In this document: positions 22,879 to 36,127 of the stretch, one piece after another | How the letters are laid out: every line of letters starts with the position of its first letter | Position numbering within the stretch: the stretch's first letter is position 1 | DNA from: Nemertoderma westbladi | Lineage: Eukaryota; Animalia; Xenacoelomorpha | Assembly (NCBI GenBank): GCA_032718475.1 | Contig: JAUCBJ010000394.1 | Coordinates: 1-45,461 of the forward strand | DNA length: 45,461 bases | Direction of reading: 5' to 3' | The notes under the pieces: generated by a model | What the model was told of the DNA's origin: nothing | Database searches by the model: none | Seen by the model: only the letters and a program-made list of their open reading frames with translations | Program-made: the position numbers and the translations under genes

Positions 22879-23820
22879 CAGGGTTGGCAACCAATGGTTT
22901 TTCTCACCATTGGTTTTTTATGGTTTTTTGGTTTAACCAACTTTTTAAAAAAGGCGAAAAAATTGGGTTTTTATGGTTTTTCATAAAATTGTAAAATTAA
23001 CGCTGTAAATAATATAAAGCAGACTGGTAGTCGCATTTCTTTTTCATTTTGCACTATTCAGCTATTAGAAGGAAAAAATTTCGCTCACTTTGAGTTTTGC
23101 TCGCGTTTCTTTATCTTACATTTTGCACTGTTCAGCTGTTCTGCTGTTAGAATGGACAAATTTCTCTCACTTTGAGTTTTGCTCGCGTTTCTTTTTCATC
23201 TGTTAATTTTGCAATGTTAATGAAAAGGTTTTGCTCGCTTCGCTGGCGTATGTTTCTCGTTTACATTGTTAAAATGTGGTGTGCGCGTTTTTTTTTCGGT
23301 GCATGCGCGGTAGGCAGTAGGTATATTGTCCAATATTGCGGGGCTGAAAAATTGTGCACAGGCGTTGTGCGCGGTTCAGTGGTGGTTTGCAGCCTGGCGT
23401 GCAGTGGAGCAGTGCAGACGTCTGGACGCTGGTATGTATTTTTACGTTGTATGTTGTTAGTATTTTGTCACATGCTGACATGGCTGCATGGGCTGCACCT
23501 GCAATGGGTTGGATGAGAGTAAGGACAGAACAGAACAGCAGAAGAAACGCTTCAAACCAGCATACTGTATGTTGTATGTGGCCTTATTCAGTTATTCCAG
23601 TATTTTGTTCTATTGTATTGGGTGTTGGGCAAGCGCAAGGGTTGTACTGTCAGACTGTTGTATCTTGTATGTAGGCCCTACCTACATTTCACATTTGTAT
23701 GTATTGCTGTATTGGATTTAATTAAACCACAGAAAAACCATAAAAAACCATAAAAAACCGAAAAAAACCATAAAAAACCAAACAATAAAACCAAAACCAA
23801 AAATTTTTTTTCAAAAAACA
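22879..23820. mobile_element. Non-autonomous hAT-like DNA element with GGTTTT/AAAACC subterminal repeats
   Basis: Starts CAGGGTTGGCAACC then repeated (a)tggttttt; mirror-image aaaaaccat repeats at 23720-23800; right terminal bases missing. Confidence 0.55.
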
Positions 23821-24845
23821 AAGAATAATGTACTGACTTAAGCCTGTAAGCAGGAAGGTTGCAGTGCAGTCAGCTGATCAGATTACAGTACAGCAGTATC
23901 GCTAGGGAATACTGGAATAGACTATAATAATACAGAAGTACAGGACAGTAGGATGGAGGCCCCCAAACAGGAATGAGCCAATATATAACCTATTAACCTG
24001 TACAAATACTAATTCATTTATTGTTTTGGTTCGATTCAGCCCTTCTGTAACCTGTGTTTTTGGTGAAAACCTGGTATTCTTCACATGGGCCATAAAACAA
24101 CAACATGACACAAATACAACGTGACACAATCAATTGATATATTTAATGGTTTTCAAAATAATATTGTGCTAGCACCAAATTTTGCTCCCATTTCCGAAAA
24201 ATACAAGTTTGAGATTTCTACTTTGATAATTATTTATTCCATTGAATTCAGAATAGCCCAAAACCTCTAAAATGCGAGAAATACTGTAAGTTGTCACAAT
24301 CAATTGAACTATTGAAAGGATTTTCAAAATTTTGTGCTGGCACCAAATTTTGCACACAGCACCGAAAAATACAAGTTTGATACATCTTGTGCAACTCGTA
24401 TATATTTTATCGAAACCAGAACTCAAAAAAAAACAAATGGGTAAAAAAAGGTTAAACAATCAATTTACAAAATTGACATATTTCAAAATTTGGTGCTGGC
24501 ACCAAAATTTGGCACCCACCAGAAAAACAAACAAGTTTGAAATTTCTAAGTAAGTTTATATGATTTCCATCTATTTGCAAACACCAAAAAACCGGTGTAA
24601 ATCTAAAATAGAGATGTTACAAATCATATTTCATGAAATGTAATTTTCAAAAAACGTCTCAAAAAATGCCAAAAGTAGGGTTAAAAATAGTGGTTATAAC
24701 AATAAACCCACGAGGGGGGGGGGGGTCATATTGACCACCCCCCCCCCCCCGGGTTTAATAGGGTTAATAGATAGTAGGCCTACACAACTACTGTATAGTA
24801 ATAAAATAATGTATTTTTAGTAAATTTAGGCCCAATATTACTTAC

Positions 24846-24941
24846 GTCATCCATTAGCATAATAATTACATTTGTCGAGTCAACTTTGGCACACAAATAG
24901 ACGAACAATACAAATAACTGTATGAGTCCATTACATGCCAT
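24846..24941 (-). CDS. GALNS: GALNS coding exon 1 (signal peptide and first metal ligands)
   Basis: ATG...GAC|gtaag, 96 nt, phase 0; MACNGLIQLFVLFVYLCAKVDSTNVIIMLMDD joins exon 2 to give NVIIMLMDDMGWGD, at the same junction as in the human gene. Confidence 0.92.
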
Positions 24942-26029
24942 AGTGTTGCCAGCCTCTTACGCAATCCACTCAAATTAGCACGAGTAATATACTGTAGTTA
25001 CGGGCCTGTGGGAAAGTCCTACAGCATCTAAACGATTCCCGCAATAGGATAACGAAAGTTTAAGCCAAATAATACTGTAGGGTACAGTAATTCCCTATCC
25101 GCTAACAACAATCCGATATTTTTTAATACAAAACTCACGACACCGAATATTATTATTAGATATAGCTATTAATTGTAGTGCGACGTTTTTTTAATGCTGT
25201 ATGCTTATTGGCTACCTACCTACTAGAAAGTTTTACTTTTTGTGCTTGAATGTACAGTTAGTAAAAAAAAGCATTAAATAAATGTAGTTATTATGGCTAT
25301 CTGCCTGCAGTAGGCCTACACCTACAGTACGAGTACACAGTATTTGAAATGCCATGGCATGCTGAGTTGAATTAATATTTTTTGAAAATTTTGGAGAGTC
25401 AATCCAATGAATTACCGCAATATTTCAGGAGATGATGTAGGCCTATTAATTGTTAAGAAAAGTAGGTTTAATGGAGCCACGGCGATTAAATTCAGTAGCT
25501 GAATGTATTCCGCTGGTAATCGAGCCGAAGTCGAGGAAAACCACCAATACGCTTGAAACGTTGTAGCTGATGCTTTGGGTTTAATGTCAGAAATTTGGAT
25601 GTTGCCCAATCAGGGGCCACAATCAACATTTTTCACATTTTTAAATAATAACTTTCCACAACGGTCTTTTAAAAAATGAGATGATACAGTAGGCCTTCGT
25701 TATAATGATTCTGGTCTGGTTTTTTTCTTTTTTTTTTGTTCAAACAGTATGTTACACGACTTAATGTATTATCTTATACCACAGTCCACAATTTAGTTTT
25801 CATATCGATACAGTGATAGAACTGTAATACATATTAATTTGTTTATTAATTGTAATCCTTCCATTTCTGGAATATAAGTTTATTTCTTCAATGTTCAAAA
25901 ATTCCCCGACTTCTCAGACCCAACCGTGTATTTAATCTATCAATGTAGGCCTATGGTTCTTTTTTCTCCACAGCAGTAGAAGAACCTGAGCTGCTATATG
26001 AAAGACCCAGCTGGAATTTCATTACAGAA

Positions 26030-26290
26030 GATGTCGGATTCAACTTTACCAGGATGCTACGCGTTCATGGCAATGCCAACTTTACCAATGAAGCATTGTA
26101 CAAGCTCGATAGTAGCATCATATTTCCAAAATCCAAACCCATCACCATCCTGCAGGCGAGACGGATGAGTCTTGCTATCGTAGAACTGATCAGCCTGCGT
26201 ATGATCTTATTCTATAGCCGCCACACGGTGAGAGAACTATGTGGTGGATATCCCTGTAAAGTCTGCTAGAGAGAAGAGGCACTAAGCTGG
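26030..26290 (+). mobile_element. Old degenerate 3' fragment of an RTE-like LINE
   Basis: TRMLR...TNEALY...LQARR then frameshifted CYRRTDQPAYDLIL*PPHG, parallel to the C-termini of the other LINE copies. Confidence 0.6.
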
Positions 26291-27540
26291 TCCTCAAAAT
26301 TCGGATTAATTGTGGATTTACATGGATTATCTCGGCTAAGGAGGTTTTACCTTACAGGGCCCTAGCGCCGGTGTGGCCGATATGTAGCTATCTTACAGTA
26401 GTGTATTTTTGTGACTTACGGATAAAATGTATTAAATGATCATAATTTTAATGATCATCTATTACTATGTACTGTACTACAGTATAGACACTAAATGATA
26501 AGAATTTTAGTTCGTATTCTCAGTATATATCTACTGTATCTACCTTATTCTGTACATTAGTAAACAATAGTATAAATTATATGTTGGTTGCTTTTGGTCA
26601 GAGTCCAACTATATTATTTAATTTATTTTATCGTTATAGACAGTACAGTAGGTACACAATACATATGATACTGTATTAATAATAGATAAATTATTGTGGG
26701 GTGGAGCATGGAATACTAATTATTATACATAACGATAACGTACTTCACGGTAAAACATATAAATAACTACACTATTGTGGCTCGTATCCTGTATACCAAA
26801 ATACATTAGATCTCTCCCCCCGAGTGTATTTTGTCTAAGACCACTGAGGTATCGTATCAGGACGTTCAGTACGAATATTTTTTTTGCATGGCTAAACTAA
26901 ACTAAACCAATCTTATTCCTTATTATTTTTGTGATGGTTTCATTATTTTTGTGTTGAATTCAAAATATTTGTTTTATATTAATTATTTAGGGTTCAGACT
27001 ATAAACTATAATTTATATTGTTATACTGTTGCAGTGTCATTCTGCAAGTGAAAAAGTGATCTCCAGCGCAAACTGGAATCAAGAGAAATAAAGTTTCGTT
27101 AAACTTTGCAGAGAAAACACCGCCACTGCAACCTGTTCGTTTCCCTTAATGTTTAAATAAATTAAATTACTTTTAAACCCACTAAACACAAAGTTGATGT
27201 TTGCGGTCAATTTGCGCCATTGACTATGTTCCAATTATAATTTATTTGTTAAGAATACCCTGCCAATGTAACCTGTTTCTTTCCCCACTCTCATCCCCTG
27301 TCTCTCGTCATGAACAGAATAGCCATGTAGATAGCCAATCACAATTTTAAACTCTAGAATAGCCATACTGCCATAGCCAATCACAACTTTATTTTGCTGT
27401 AGGCCTATTCCTGTAGGGTTTTCGTTCTCAACATAATTATGCTGTACTTGGTTTCATTGGCTAATCTAAATTTTCATGACTATGTACACAATAATGCGTT
27501 ATTAATATATATGTATTAATGTAATGTATGTATTAATATG

Positions 27541-28605
27541 TATACGATGGTTCGACAACATTTGTGTCTACTGTTGACGGTGACACAGAACCAATTGAAG
27601 TGTTATGGTGAGTCCTCCAGGGAGACACGCTTGCACCATTCTTGTTCATAATTGTGGTTGACTATGTTCTACGCATGTCATTAGATCATCATAGTGATGA
27701 TGGGGTGATGATAACACCACCTACTGGCTCCAGAAGTCGAGGAAATCCTGCCAAGTACCTAACTGATCTAGGCTTTGCTGATGACTTAGGAGTACTCTCA
27801 GAATCACTAGAGGGAGCCCAACGGCTCCTCAGCTCCTTAGATCATGCTGCTTCTAGTGTTGGTCTTTTTATTAACTCCAGAAATACCAAAATTTTGACAG
27901 TTAACTTTGAAAATCCCCAGCAAGGCTCTGATCGGATGAGCATAAGCTCAAAGGATGGTATGCTTGAGCATGTGGACGACTTATGTTACCTGGGATCATA
28001 GATCAGGAAGTCAGGTGAGGACCTTCGAATACGTAAGGGAAAGGCATGGGTAGCCTTGAATAGGCTTTCCAGGATTTGGAAGTCACCGAGAATTAATCGG
28101 AAACTTAAGTTCCGATTATTTAGAGCAGTAGCAGTAGTAGTTCCAATACTCCTCTATGGGAGTCCATGCTGGGCTCTAACTGCTGAGGACACCAAATCCC
28201 TGGATGGCACATTCACAAGAATGCTACGCCGGGTTCATTGTGTCAAGTACAATGCACACATCTCCAACCAGACACTATATAACCTTGGAGGTGTCTCATT
28301 GGTTCCCTCAAGCTTGACACTAGAACAAAATCGCCTCCGCTTTGCAGGACATTGCTTTCGCCGTGAGTACTAGCCTGTGCATAATCTTGTACTTTGGCAG
28401 CCTCATGGAGTGAATAAGCATGGTAGACATCCGATGACTTTCTTGAGACGCATTTTAAAGGACACTGGCCTTGAAGATGCGGATGATCTCACAAATGTCA
28501 TGGGTGGTAGGGAGTTGTGGCGGCGCAATTTTGTCGACAAGCCGGCACAGCATTCTTAAAAATGCAGCTGCAATGCAGCATATGCCGATCCTATGTAGTA
28601 GTAAT
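27541..28605 (+). mobile_element. 5'-truncated RTE-like LINE (RT C-terminal half, pseudogenised)
   Basis: LQGDTLAPFLFIIVVDYVLR, FADDL, YLGS, RLRFAGHC, LWQPHG; in-frame stops at 28001 and 28373; ends in a short (GTA)n tail. Confidence 0.92.
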
Positions 28606-28867
28606 TAAGATGATTATTAAGAATGGCGAAATACTGAACAGCCGAATGAAAAATGATGGAGTTAACATTGGGGGGGGGGGGGGGGGGGGGGGGGGAGAGA
28701 TTGTGCGTTTAAATGGCTTAGAATTTAATTTAATTTTTTTTTTCCAAAAACCTATAACCTGTTCAAAAATTCAGGTTTTTGGGTTCAAACCTAAAAAACC
28801 TAGGTTGACTAAAAACCTAGGTTGCCAGTCCTAGTTGTCGCACCAACACTCGCTATCCTGTTCTTCA

Positions 28868-29000
28868 ATAGATAGATAGATTTATTTATACATTATGTAA
28901 AAACAATAACAAATACACCAAACAATGTACCGGTATAAAGGTATTGTCCAACATAACATATAGGATTACCCCTAAAGCTTTGCAGCTTATTTCCAAGGGG
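28868..29000 (-). mobile_element. 3' end of a CR1/L2-like non-LTR element with (TCTA)n tail, copy 1
   Basis: Apparently identical to 41600-41732; on the minus strand AATAAA is followed by (TCTA)n. Confidence 0.7.
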
Positions 29001-29099
29001 TTCAACACCTCGGCTTGTTCACCGCGATTATCTACTTTACTTTATGTTTAAATCTGTAACTGTGAACAAAGTAGGTCACGAATAGTTAGCTGTAAGCAG

Positions 29100-29482
29100 G
29101 TAAGCAAGGTGCAAAATTCAGCCTACTATTTTAAAACAGCTGGGGGCAGTAATCAAGCTGTGCAGCTGTGTATATTAGTACTGCAGTAGGCTGTCAATGG
29201 CTGTGTGTACATGTACATGTACACTGTAAGTCAGGAAGTCAGCAAGTGTAAGCAAGGCTGCAAGGTGCAAAATTAGCCTACTATTTTAAAACAGCTGGGG
29301 GCAGTAATCAAGCTGTGTATATTACAGTATTAGTACTGTAGTAGGCTGTGTTTTGTACATGTACACTGTAAGTCAGGAAGTCAGCAAGTGTAAGCAAGGT
29401 GCAAAATTCAGCCTACTATTTTACAACAGCTGGGGGCTGTAATCAGGTTGTGTCAGTGTGTATATTAGTCAGTTAGTAGGCT
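29100..29482. repeat. Tandem repeat, ~130-160-bp unit, ~2.7 copies
   Basis: gcaaggtgcaaaatt(c)agcctactatttta(a/c)aacagctggggg recurs at ~29105, ~29260 and ~29394. Confidence 0.9.
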
Positions 29483-30364
29483 GCGGCTCTATCCTCTATA
29501 CATAAAACAATGGTTTAGGTGACCCCCTGCAGCCCTGGTTTGTAGGATTCAATATGAGTTCATGACAATGTCAGAATGTGCCTGTGAAAAACCTATTCGA
29601 GACGGTAACGGATCAAGAACAGAAGAACAAGTTACTAATACAGTAATACGGTTAGCCTAAGGAACAATGCTCAGTTAGGAACACAACGCCCGACTGCCCG
29701 ATTTTGTCCTTTTGAACGCCCGATTTTGTCGGTAGAAATAGGCGTTTAGGACGCCAGATTATGTTTGGAACGCCTGAACGCCAAAATTTGGCGTTCCATA
29801 TTTATGAAGCATTGCTATAGGCCTATACAGATATATATACCTTGCATAGAGCTGTAGAGCAAATGAGAGATACCCCAAATTAATTACCATACGCTACAAA
29901 CTGACAAAAAAATGTACAAAAGTCATCAGGGCCTCCACACCTGTTCGAGCCAATGTTACTGATTTATACATCAGGATTGGATAGTTTGATCTCAAATTCT
30001 CGAAGATCTTATATAACCTGAGATGGTGAGAGAAAGAGATAATTAATTGCTCACAATGGGTACGGTATTTGAGTTCTATACACTCAACCCGAGAAAACCA
30101 TCTCGCGAAACTATTTATAGAGAATTAACATGCAGTTATTTACCGTCAGTATAATAATTTATTTACTATCTATCTATACCGGTATATTTCGAAATATTCA
30201 TCTAACTTATTCTGGCGTGTTTGAAACATGGCAATATCTGTGCTGTAGCCTATGCCATACCAACCTCTTCACCAAAGAGGGCTTATCTTTATACGGGCAG
30301 ACGGGTATTTATAGGAATGCCTATCTTACGGTATTAGTTATATATCGTATGAGGTCATCTTTCA

Positions 30365-32150
30365 TGTGCCTTGCACATAGCTGTGTTGACGCAGTGTTGA
30401 CTCTGGAAAAACAAACTTTAAGGCTTTTATAATTCCACCTTCTTGGTCTGAACCTTTGTTCAGTTCAATAGTTGTTTCACCAGCAGTAGCAGCAATTATT
30501 GACTTGACGCAATGGAAAAACTTTGAATAAGTTTGCCAATCTGAATCAAAATCGAGAAAAATTGGACCAAATAGAACAGGATGATCAGAACCATCCTTCC
30601 TAATCACTGACAAACATTTGTATACCATAGGAGTAACTTACATTGCTCCCAAATTAAATGTTTTATCAACCCCAATAACATTCAATGTGTTCCTCACACT
30701 ACTTTCCATAGCTGCGATTTGATTTTGGGTATCCAGAATAATGCAAGGTGACTTATCATTTCGAACAATGACTTCTTGGATGAAACAATTACCAGGTTCT
30801 GCCACCTTATTTAAAATATTAATTATCTCATCAGCAATGTTTTTAGATGGAGCCGTTACACTAGCTTCCTTCACTTTATCATTATGTTTCTTGTTTCTGA
30901 CTAGTCGATAATCTCGAGGGACTAATAATGAATCATTAACCAGCTCACTGTATACTTACGTGACGAAATGGTCTTCACCTTTTTGCCAATATTGTCAAGC
31001 GTTTCAGGAGGGGTCCTTACATATGGAGTGATTTTTTCTCCATCAGGATTGTTTACATTGCCATGAGGAGGTGGGGTAATGGGAGGATATATAACCCATG
31101 TACTCAACCAAACAAACATTATCTCTGATTGGTAATAATTTACAACCATCTCCACTACAAAATGTAACCCGTTTCTTATAGTTTTCATCTCTCTTCAACT
31201 TTACATAATATCTATATGAACATTAACAATCTGATATTTTTCAGGCTGTGGATAGATGGTTATGTTAACCATAGCAACTGTGCAATAAACAACTAAGTTA
31301 TCATCTTGCCGTTTCGGAATAATTGTCTTCAAGAATGGTGGGTTAGTGCTGATTACCAAGTACTTATAGTTGACAGAATATGCAGAAGTGGAACTCCAGG
31401 ATAGGCTAATCTTCTACCCAGTTGCTTTCGATTCGATCTTTATCTGTTTATTAGCTTGATTATCCAAAACAAAGTACACATTCAGACATTACTCTTCACA
31501 CCAGGGGGTACATGCTGTAATACTGGATTTCGAGAAGAAGATGACATATGTTTAAGGATGTCATCTAACCGCATTGGGAGCTCAGGATTGCTCACTGATC
31601 GACTGTCATCTCCATCCGTGCTATCCATTCCAGAGCCATCAACAATATGTTTTTTAACATTACCATCAACCGAACCAAAAAGTGATGGCACTGCTTTCCC
31701 TTTGTTGTCTCTGTTAATTGGTGTGCAACTTGATTTCTACGGTGTGGAACTTGATAAGGGATCAATTATCTCGCTATTCTCCGGTAAGTTAAATAAACTC
31801 TCACATTCTAAACTCTCAGTCATCAACAACGAGATCTGGGTGTTTAATTTTAAAAACCGGAACGAAATGGTCAGGCTTCCAATAATTACCAATTGAACAG
31901 TGGAAAATCGCTTTGCTCCAAATAATTGTGATTAGTGGAGGTTTAAACGCACTAAACTCATAACTAAGAGGATAAAAATCCCTATTTAAAACACGAGATG
32001 ATTGGTCCAATAAATCATTAACAACTGGAAAAACAGACCGAATAGTTATATTCAATAATGTGGCAAGACCCCACAACTCCCACACACATGAGTATTGTTG
32101 ATTCATACATGTCTTGAGGCAATAATCATCATAATGGTTTGGAGCAACAC
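30365..32150 (-). mobile_element. Decayed MULE/Mutator-type transposase gene with N-terminal vertnin-like OTU domain
   Basis: Fragmented minus-strand ORFs: WELWGLATLLNITIRSVFP..LNRDFYP..IIWS..WKPDHFVPV (vertnin-type OTU C-half); VIGVDKTFNLG, HPVLFGPIFL..TYSKFF, GSDQEGGIIKALKFVFPES (MULE DDE core); many stops and frameshifts. Confidence 0.75.
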
Positions 32151-33334
32151 AATGTTGTAATCACAAATATCGTAAACACAATATCGTAACCAAGGCAGTT
32201 CCGATCTAAGCGAGATTCTTGCAAGTATGACTATGACTACTATCATCATACTTGTCCTCAGACGTTATAGATCGCCCACTCGAGAGGTTCGGGCAGACCG
32301 TCAATTGTACAGTATGTCGATTTATCGGTGAATAAAGGCATTCCAATAACAGAATAATCGCAATTTCGGTCAACACTGACATATCCAGTTTACAAGCGCC
32401 TATGCTGCGTCGCTACATCTCCCCTGGCTTTGTTTACTTGACTTTCGTATCAGAATTGGTACCCATAGCCGTAGTGGGAGCACTTCAATCAGAGTTTCGA
32501 GTTTATTTATAATAAAATGATAGCAATAGTGGGAATAAAACTTAGGCCTATAGCAGTGTTACAAGTAATTAACCAGAACGCTGATAAGTTGACATAATCA
32601 GATAATGTGACAATAACAAAGTCTATTACAGTATTATAAGTTCTATCCTGATATTTGAATTGAACCATCTTTACATTCTGACAATAGCCTGATATTGCAC
32701 TAGGGTGCTCGTGGTAGGGCTGTAAGTGCTCGTGCTGGTACTCACTCACTGGCAGCATGAAAGCATACTGGACATGTGATAATCCTACCAGTAGCCTAGA
32801 CACTACTGCACTACATGATATTGCTTCTATCATCTGTTCTATTACAAGCTCAATAAACAGCTATCAGTTTGCTTTTTTGTGCTTTTTTTTACTTTTTTTT
32901 TGTGCTTTTTTTTTTACTTTTTTTGTGCTTTTTTGTGCTTTTCTTGACTTTTTTGTGCCTTTTATAGTATTTAGTAGGACCCCATACAGGCACTTTCAAC
33001 ATTCTTCAGATTCTAGATAGATCACATACTAGATATCAATCACAAACTAGATCATTTCAATTGCGAATATTTTTTTACACAAACTAATTTGCTCGTCTTA
33101 AATGAATGATGTTTGATCAATATTTAGAGGTTTCAATGCAATATTAGACTACGTACCGTAACCTTCTCTGTGTTTTATGATAACTTTTTGGTCTTTTGGA
33201 TCTAGTATGTGATTTCTCCAGCTAAGGTTTTGTAATTTGTCAGTTTGAGAAACGTTGTTATCTGTGTTCCACAAATTATGACTGTATGATGCAATAAATT
33301 GCCAGATACCCGAAGCATATTTTATACAGTTATA

Positions 33335-34252
33335 CACAATGTCCCAGAATATAGTGTCGTAATTCAGTGACACGCCCCCCCCCCCCCCCCCCCCTAATTT
33401 TTCTACAAATCTTAATGAGCTTGCATGAAATTTGAAACAGAGGTAGTTTCACCTCCCGACCACTGACTGGGTGAGCCAGAATTTTTATTTTTGCTTTCAA
33501 TCTTTAGCTACAAGCGTTTAAAAAAAGTGTCTCCAGCGATATTGCACCAGTTACACCGCAGTTATTCATTGCTTTTTGCAGTTCATTGCAGTTTGTTGGT
33601 ACCAATGGAAAGCTGGTCATGCAAGGATCTCCAATATGTAACACAATTTGAATTTCGTTGAAAAATAGCTAAGATATGAGCGTTCAAATGTTGCATGGTT
33701 ATGCACCGGCGTGAGGCTATTTTAATCTATTTAATAAATAAACCATATTCTGGAACATTTTTAAATGTATGAATAGCTACATAATAGTATGATTAAAGAT
33801 GTAATGCATTGTTGCCCAGCTACGTATTTGGATAAACAAAATATTCAAGATTATGATGTATTTATTAAATAGAATAAAATAGCCTCGCGTCCGTAGGTGC
33901 ATAACCATGCAAAATTTGAACGCCCATATCTCCGCTATTTTTCAACGAAATTCAAATTGTGTTACATGTTTGGAATCCTTGTACGGTCAGCTTTCTATCA
34001 GTACTAACAAATCACTATAAGGTAGAAGAATAACTGCGTGTACTGGTGTATCTCTGGAGACACTTTTTTTAAACGCTTGTAGCTAAAGATTGAAAGCAAA
34101 AATACAAATTCTGGCTCACCAAGTCAGTGGTCGGGAGGTGAAACTATCTCTGTTTCAAATTTCATGCAATCTCATTACGATTTGTAAAAAAATTAGGGGG
34201 GGGGGGGGGGGGCGTGTCATTGAATTACGACACTATATTCTGGGACATGGTG
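33335..34252. mobile_element. Foldback/Tc1-mariner-type non-autonomous element with ~400-bp inverted arms and TA target duplication
   Basis: ta|cacaatgtcccagaatatagtgtcgtaattca ... tgaattacgacactatattctgggacatggtg|ta; arms ~33335-33740 and ~33859-34252. Confidence 0.9.
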
Positions 34253-34557
34253 TATGTCTGTACCGGTATGTCTTTAGAATACATGGAAATATTTCATACG
34301 GCTATAGCTTGTGTTCAAATTGAGACAAATTTCTGGTGGAAAATCTGAAAATTTGAACCTGTACAAATAAATACACCGTAAAAATTCACATTTTAACACT
34401 AGTCATCATCTTTTTTTTTTTCATAAAATCGATAAATTTGGTCAATTAGGCCTATGAAATATAATAATAGAAAAAATGTTATAAATGAAGACTTTCGGAA
34501 AATCGCCATTTGGATGGCGTTTTCGTGGAAGGTTCCCACATATATACAGAATACAAA

Positions 34558-34820
34558 CTACTGCTACTACTATCCCGCGAGCTCGGACAGTAGAAATGAG
34601 TTCCTTCCAGGCATCCCGATTCTCCACATCGCTTCTCCCAAGTTGAGTAGGCCTATCCTTTTCAAGTTTAAGTGTTAAGTAGGTTTCTTTGTCCTAGCCG
34701 GACGTCCACGAGAACGTCAAGCCTTGTTTTGGTAGCATATCTTTACTAAAGTCATGCAGTCATGGGCTCTCCACCATGCTTATTCACTCCATGAGGCTGC
34801 AAAAGTACAAGATTATGCAC
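34558..34820 (-). mobile_element. Two short LINE 3' fragments
   Basis: 34558-34715 resembles 37672-37825 including the (TAG)n tail; 34768-34820 is the reverse complement of 28377-28428. Confidence 0.8.
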
Positions 34821-35626
34821 TGCTGGTCCTCACGGCGACGGCTAGCCCCGCTACAATGCTAGGATGTTAACAAAGATTTGTATCTCCCGCTCAGCTTTCA
34901 GCTATGCAGCTATGGCCACCCCACAGCCACAGTACGCCTACGCAGTATGCATGTATATATTTATAATTATTATTAATTATTTATAAAAATATTGTAATAG
35001 GTCTACACAAATACTGCAACTACAGGTACTGAGGTACGGTACAGTCAATCAGACAGTGATGATCACTACCGGTATTTATATATAATTAAGCTTATTGCCC
35101 CATAAATTTCCCCCTAGATCTGTACAGTAAATTTTGTCCTTTATGGTGTTCACCCCTAAATTGTGTTCCTTAATGCCCTGCACCTGCCAGGACCATAAAT
35201 TTTTTAATTGACTCGGTATTCACTTTAGCTACTACCTATGTACAGAGGTTTTTTTTTAGAAAAATTTCCATTTTATCTAAACCTGAATGTTGCTAAATGC
35301 CAACATACAACGTCACATTTTGGCACCAAAATTATCATATTTGAACAAACTTTGTACAGCATAACAAAAGTGTCCCTTAGTGATTAGATTAATGCCCTGT
35401 CTGCCTGTGCCTGTCTGTGGTCGGTCCTTAATCGCAATACCCTGGTTTCCCCTACAGTTATACTTATCTAGCCTATATCTGTATATTGCATTATTCCAGT
35501 TAGCAAAAGTTTAGACTGCTAGAAAACGTATCTGCTTAGTATTAGTGACTATACAGGACCTCCAAACTACTACCATACCAACTACCGCACACTGCTGCAC
35601 TGCTACAAAACAACCAGATTTCCATT

Positions 35627-35935
35627 ATGAGTAAATCATCTAGCGACGGTAGTGAGGCGGAGTACATCCCTGAAGGCAACGTCGTCTATCCGCCGGATCG
35701 TTTACCTCGAACTGAATCGGCGCGGCCATCTTCCCAACGGATTGCCGGGGTTCCAGGCGCGACTACCGGCGGTGTACACGGACGTAGCGTCGCTCGCAGA
35801 CTCGGTGGCGCCACTAACGAGGTACCGAGACCGCGACCGAACAACTGGGGTGTGGAGTTCCAGACGCTGTACTCCGGCGGAGCGGGAGGGAGTGGCGCTC
35901 ACAAACTCGTTAACTGTGCCAACAATGTCTCTAAG
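35627..35935 (+). CDS. PCM1: Probable first coding exon of PCM1
   Basis: GC-rich ORF from ATG to a strong donor AAG|gtgagt, 309 nt, phase 0, compatible with the exon at 42427; assigned by position and phase, direct homology weak. Confidence 0.65.
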
Positions 35936-35984
35936 GTGAGTGAACAATAAACAGATAAATATACCTACCGGTAGTACTGAAAAA

Positions 35985-36127
35985 TTGATGTAGGACGTTT
36001 CGTCCCCGGACTATTCGTCCACGGGACGAAAAGTCCCAGAAAATGTTTGGGGACGAAAGTCCGAGTTGAAAAGTCCGAGACGAAAAGTCCGGGACGAAAA
36101 GTCCTGGGACGAAATATCCATATACCT
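35985..36127. mobile_element. Short non-autonomous element built of GGACGAAAAGTCC motifs in inverted orientation
   Basis: ggacgtttcgtcccc at left, gggacgaaatatccatatacc at right, several internal gacgaaaagtcc copies. Confidence 0.65.

Noticed and set aside
23172-23721. Cluster of 70-114-aa ORFs
   Set aside because: Inside a non-autonomous repeat, no recognisable domains
25420-26290. Divergent head-to-head partner gene of GALNS (TRAPPC2L in human)
   Set aside because: No matching peptide seen; the exon-like stretch at ~26.0-26.3 kb is a decayed LINE
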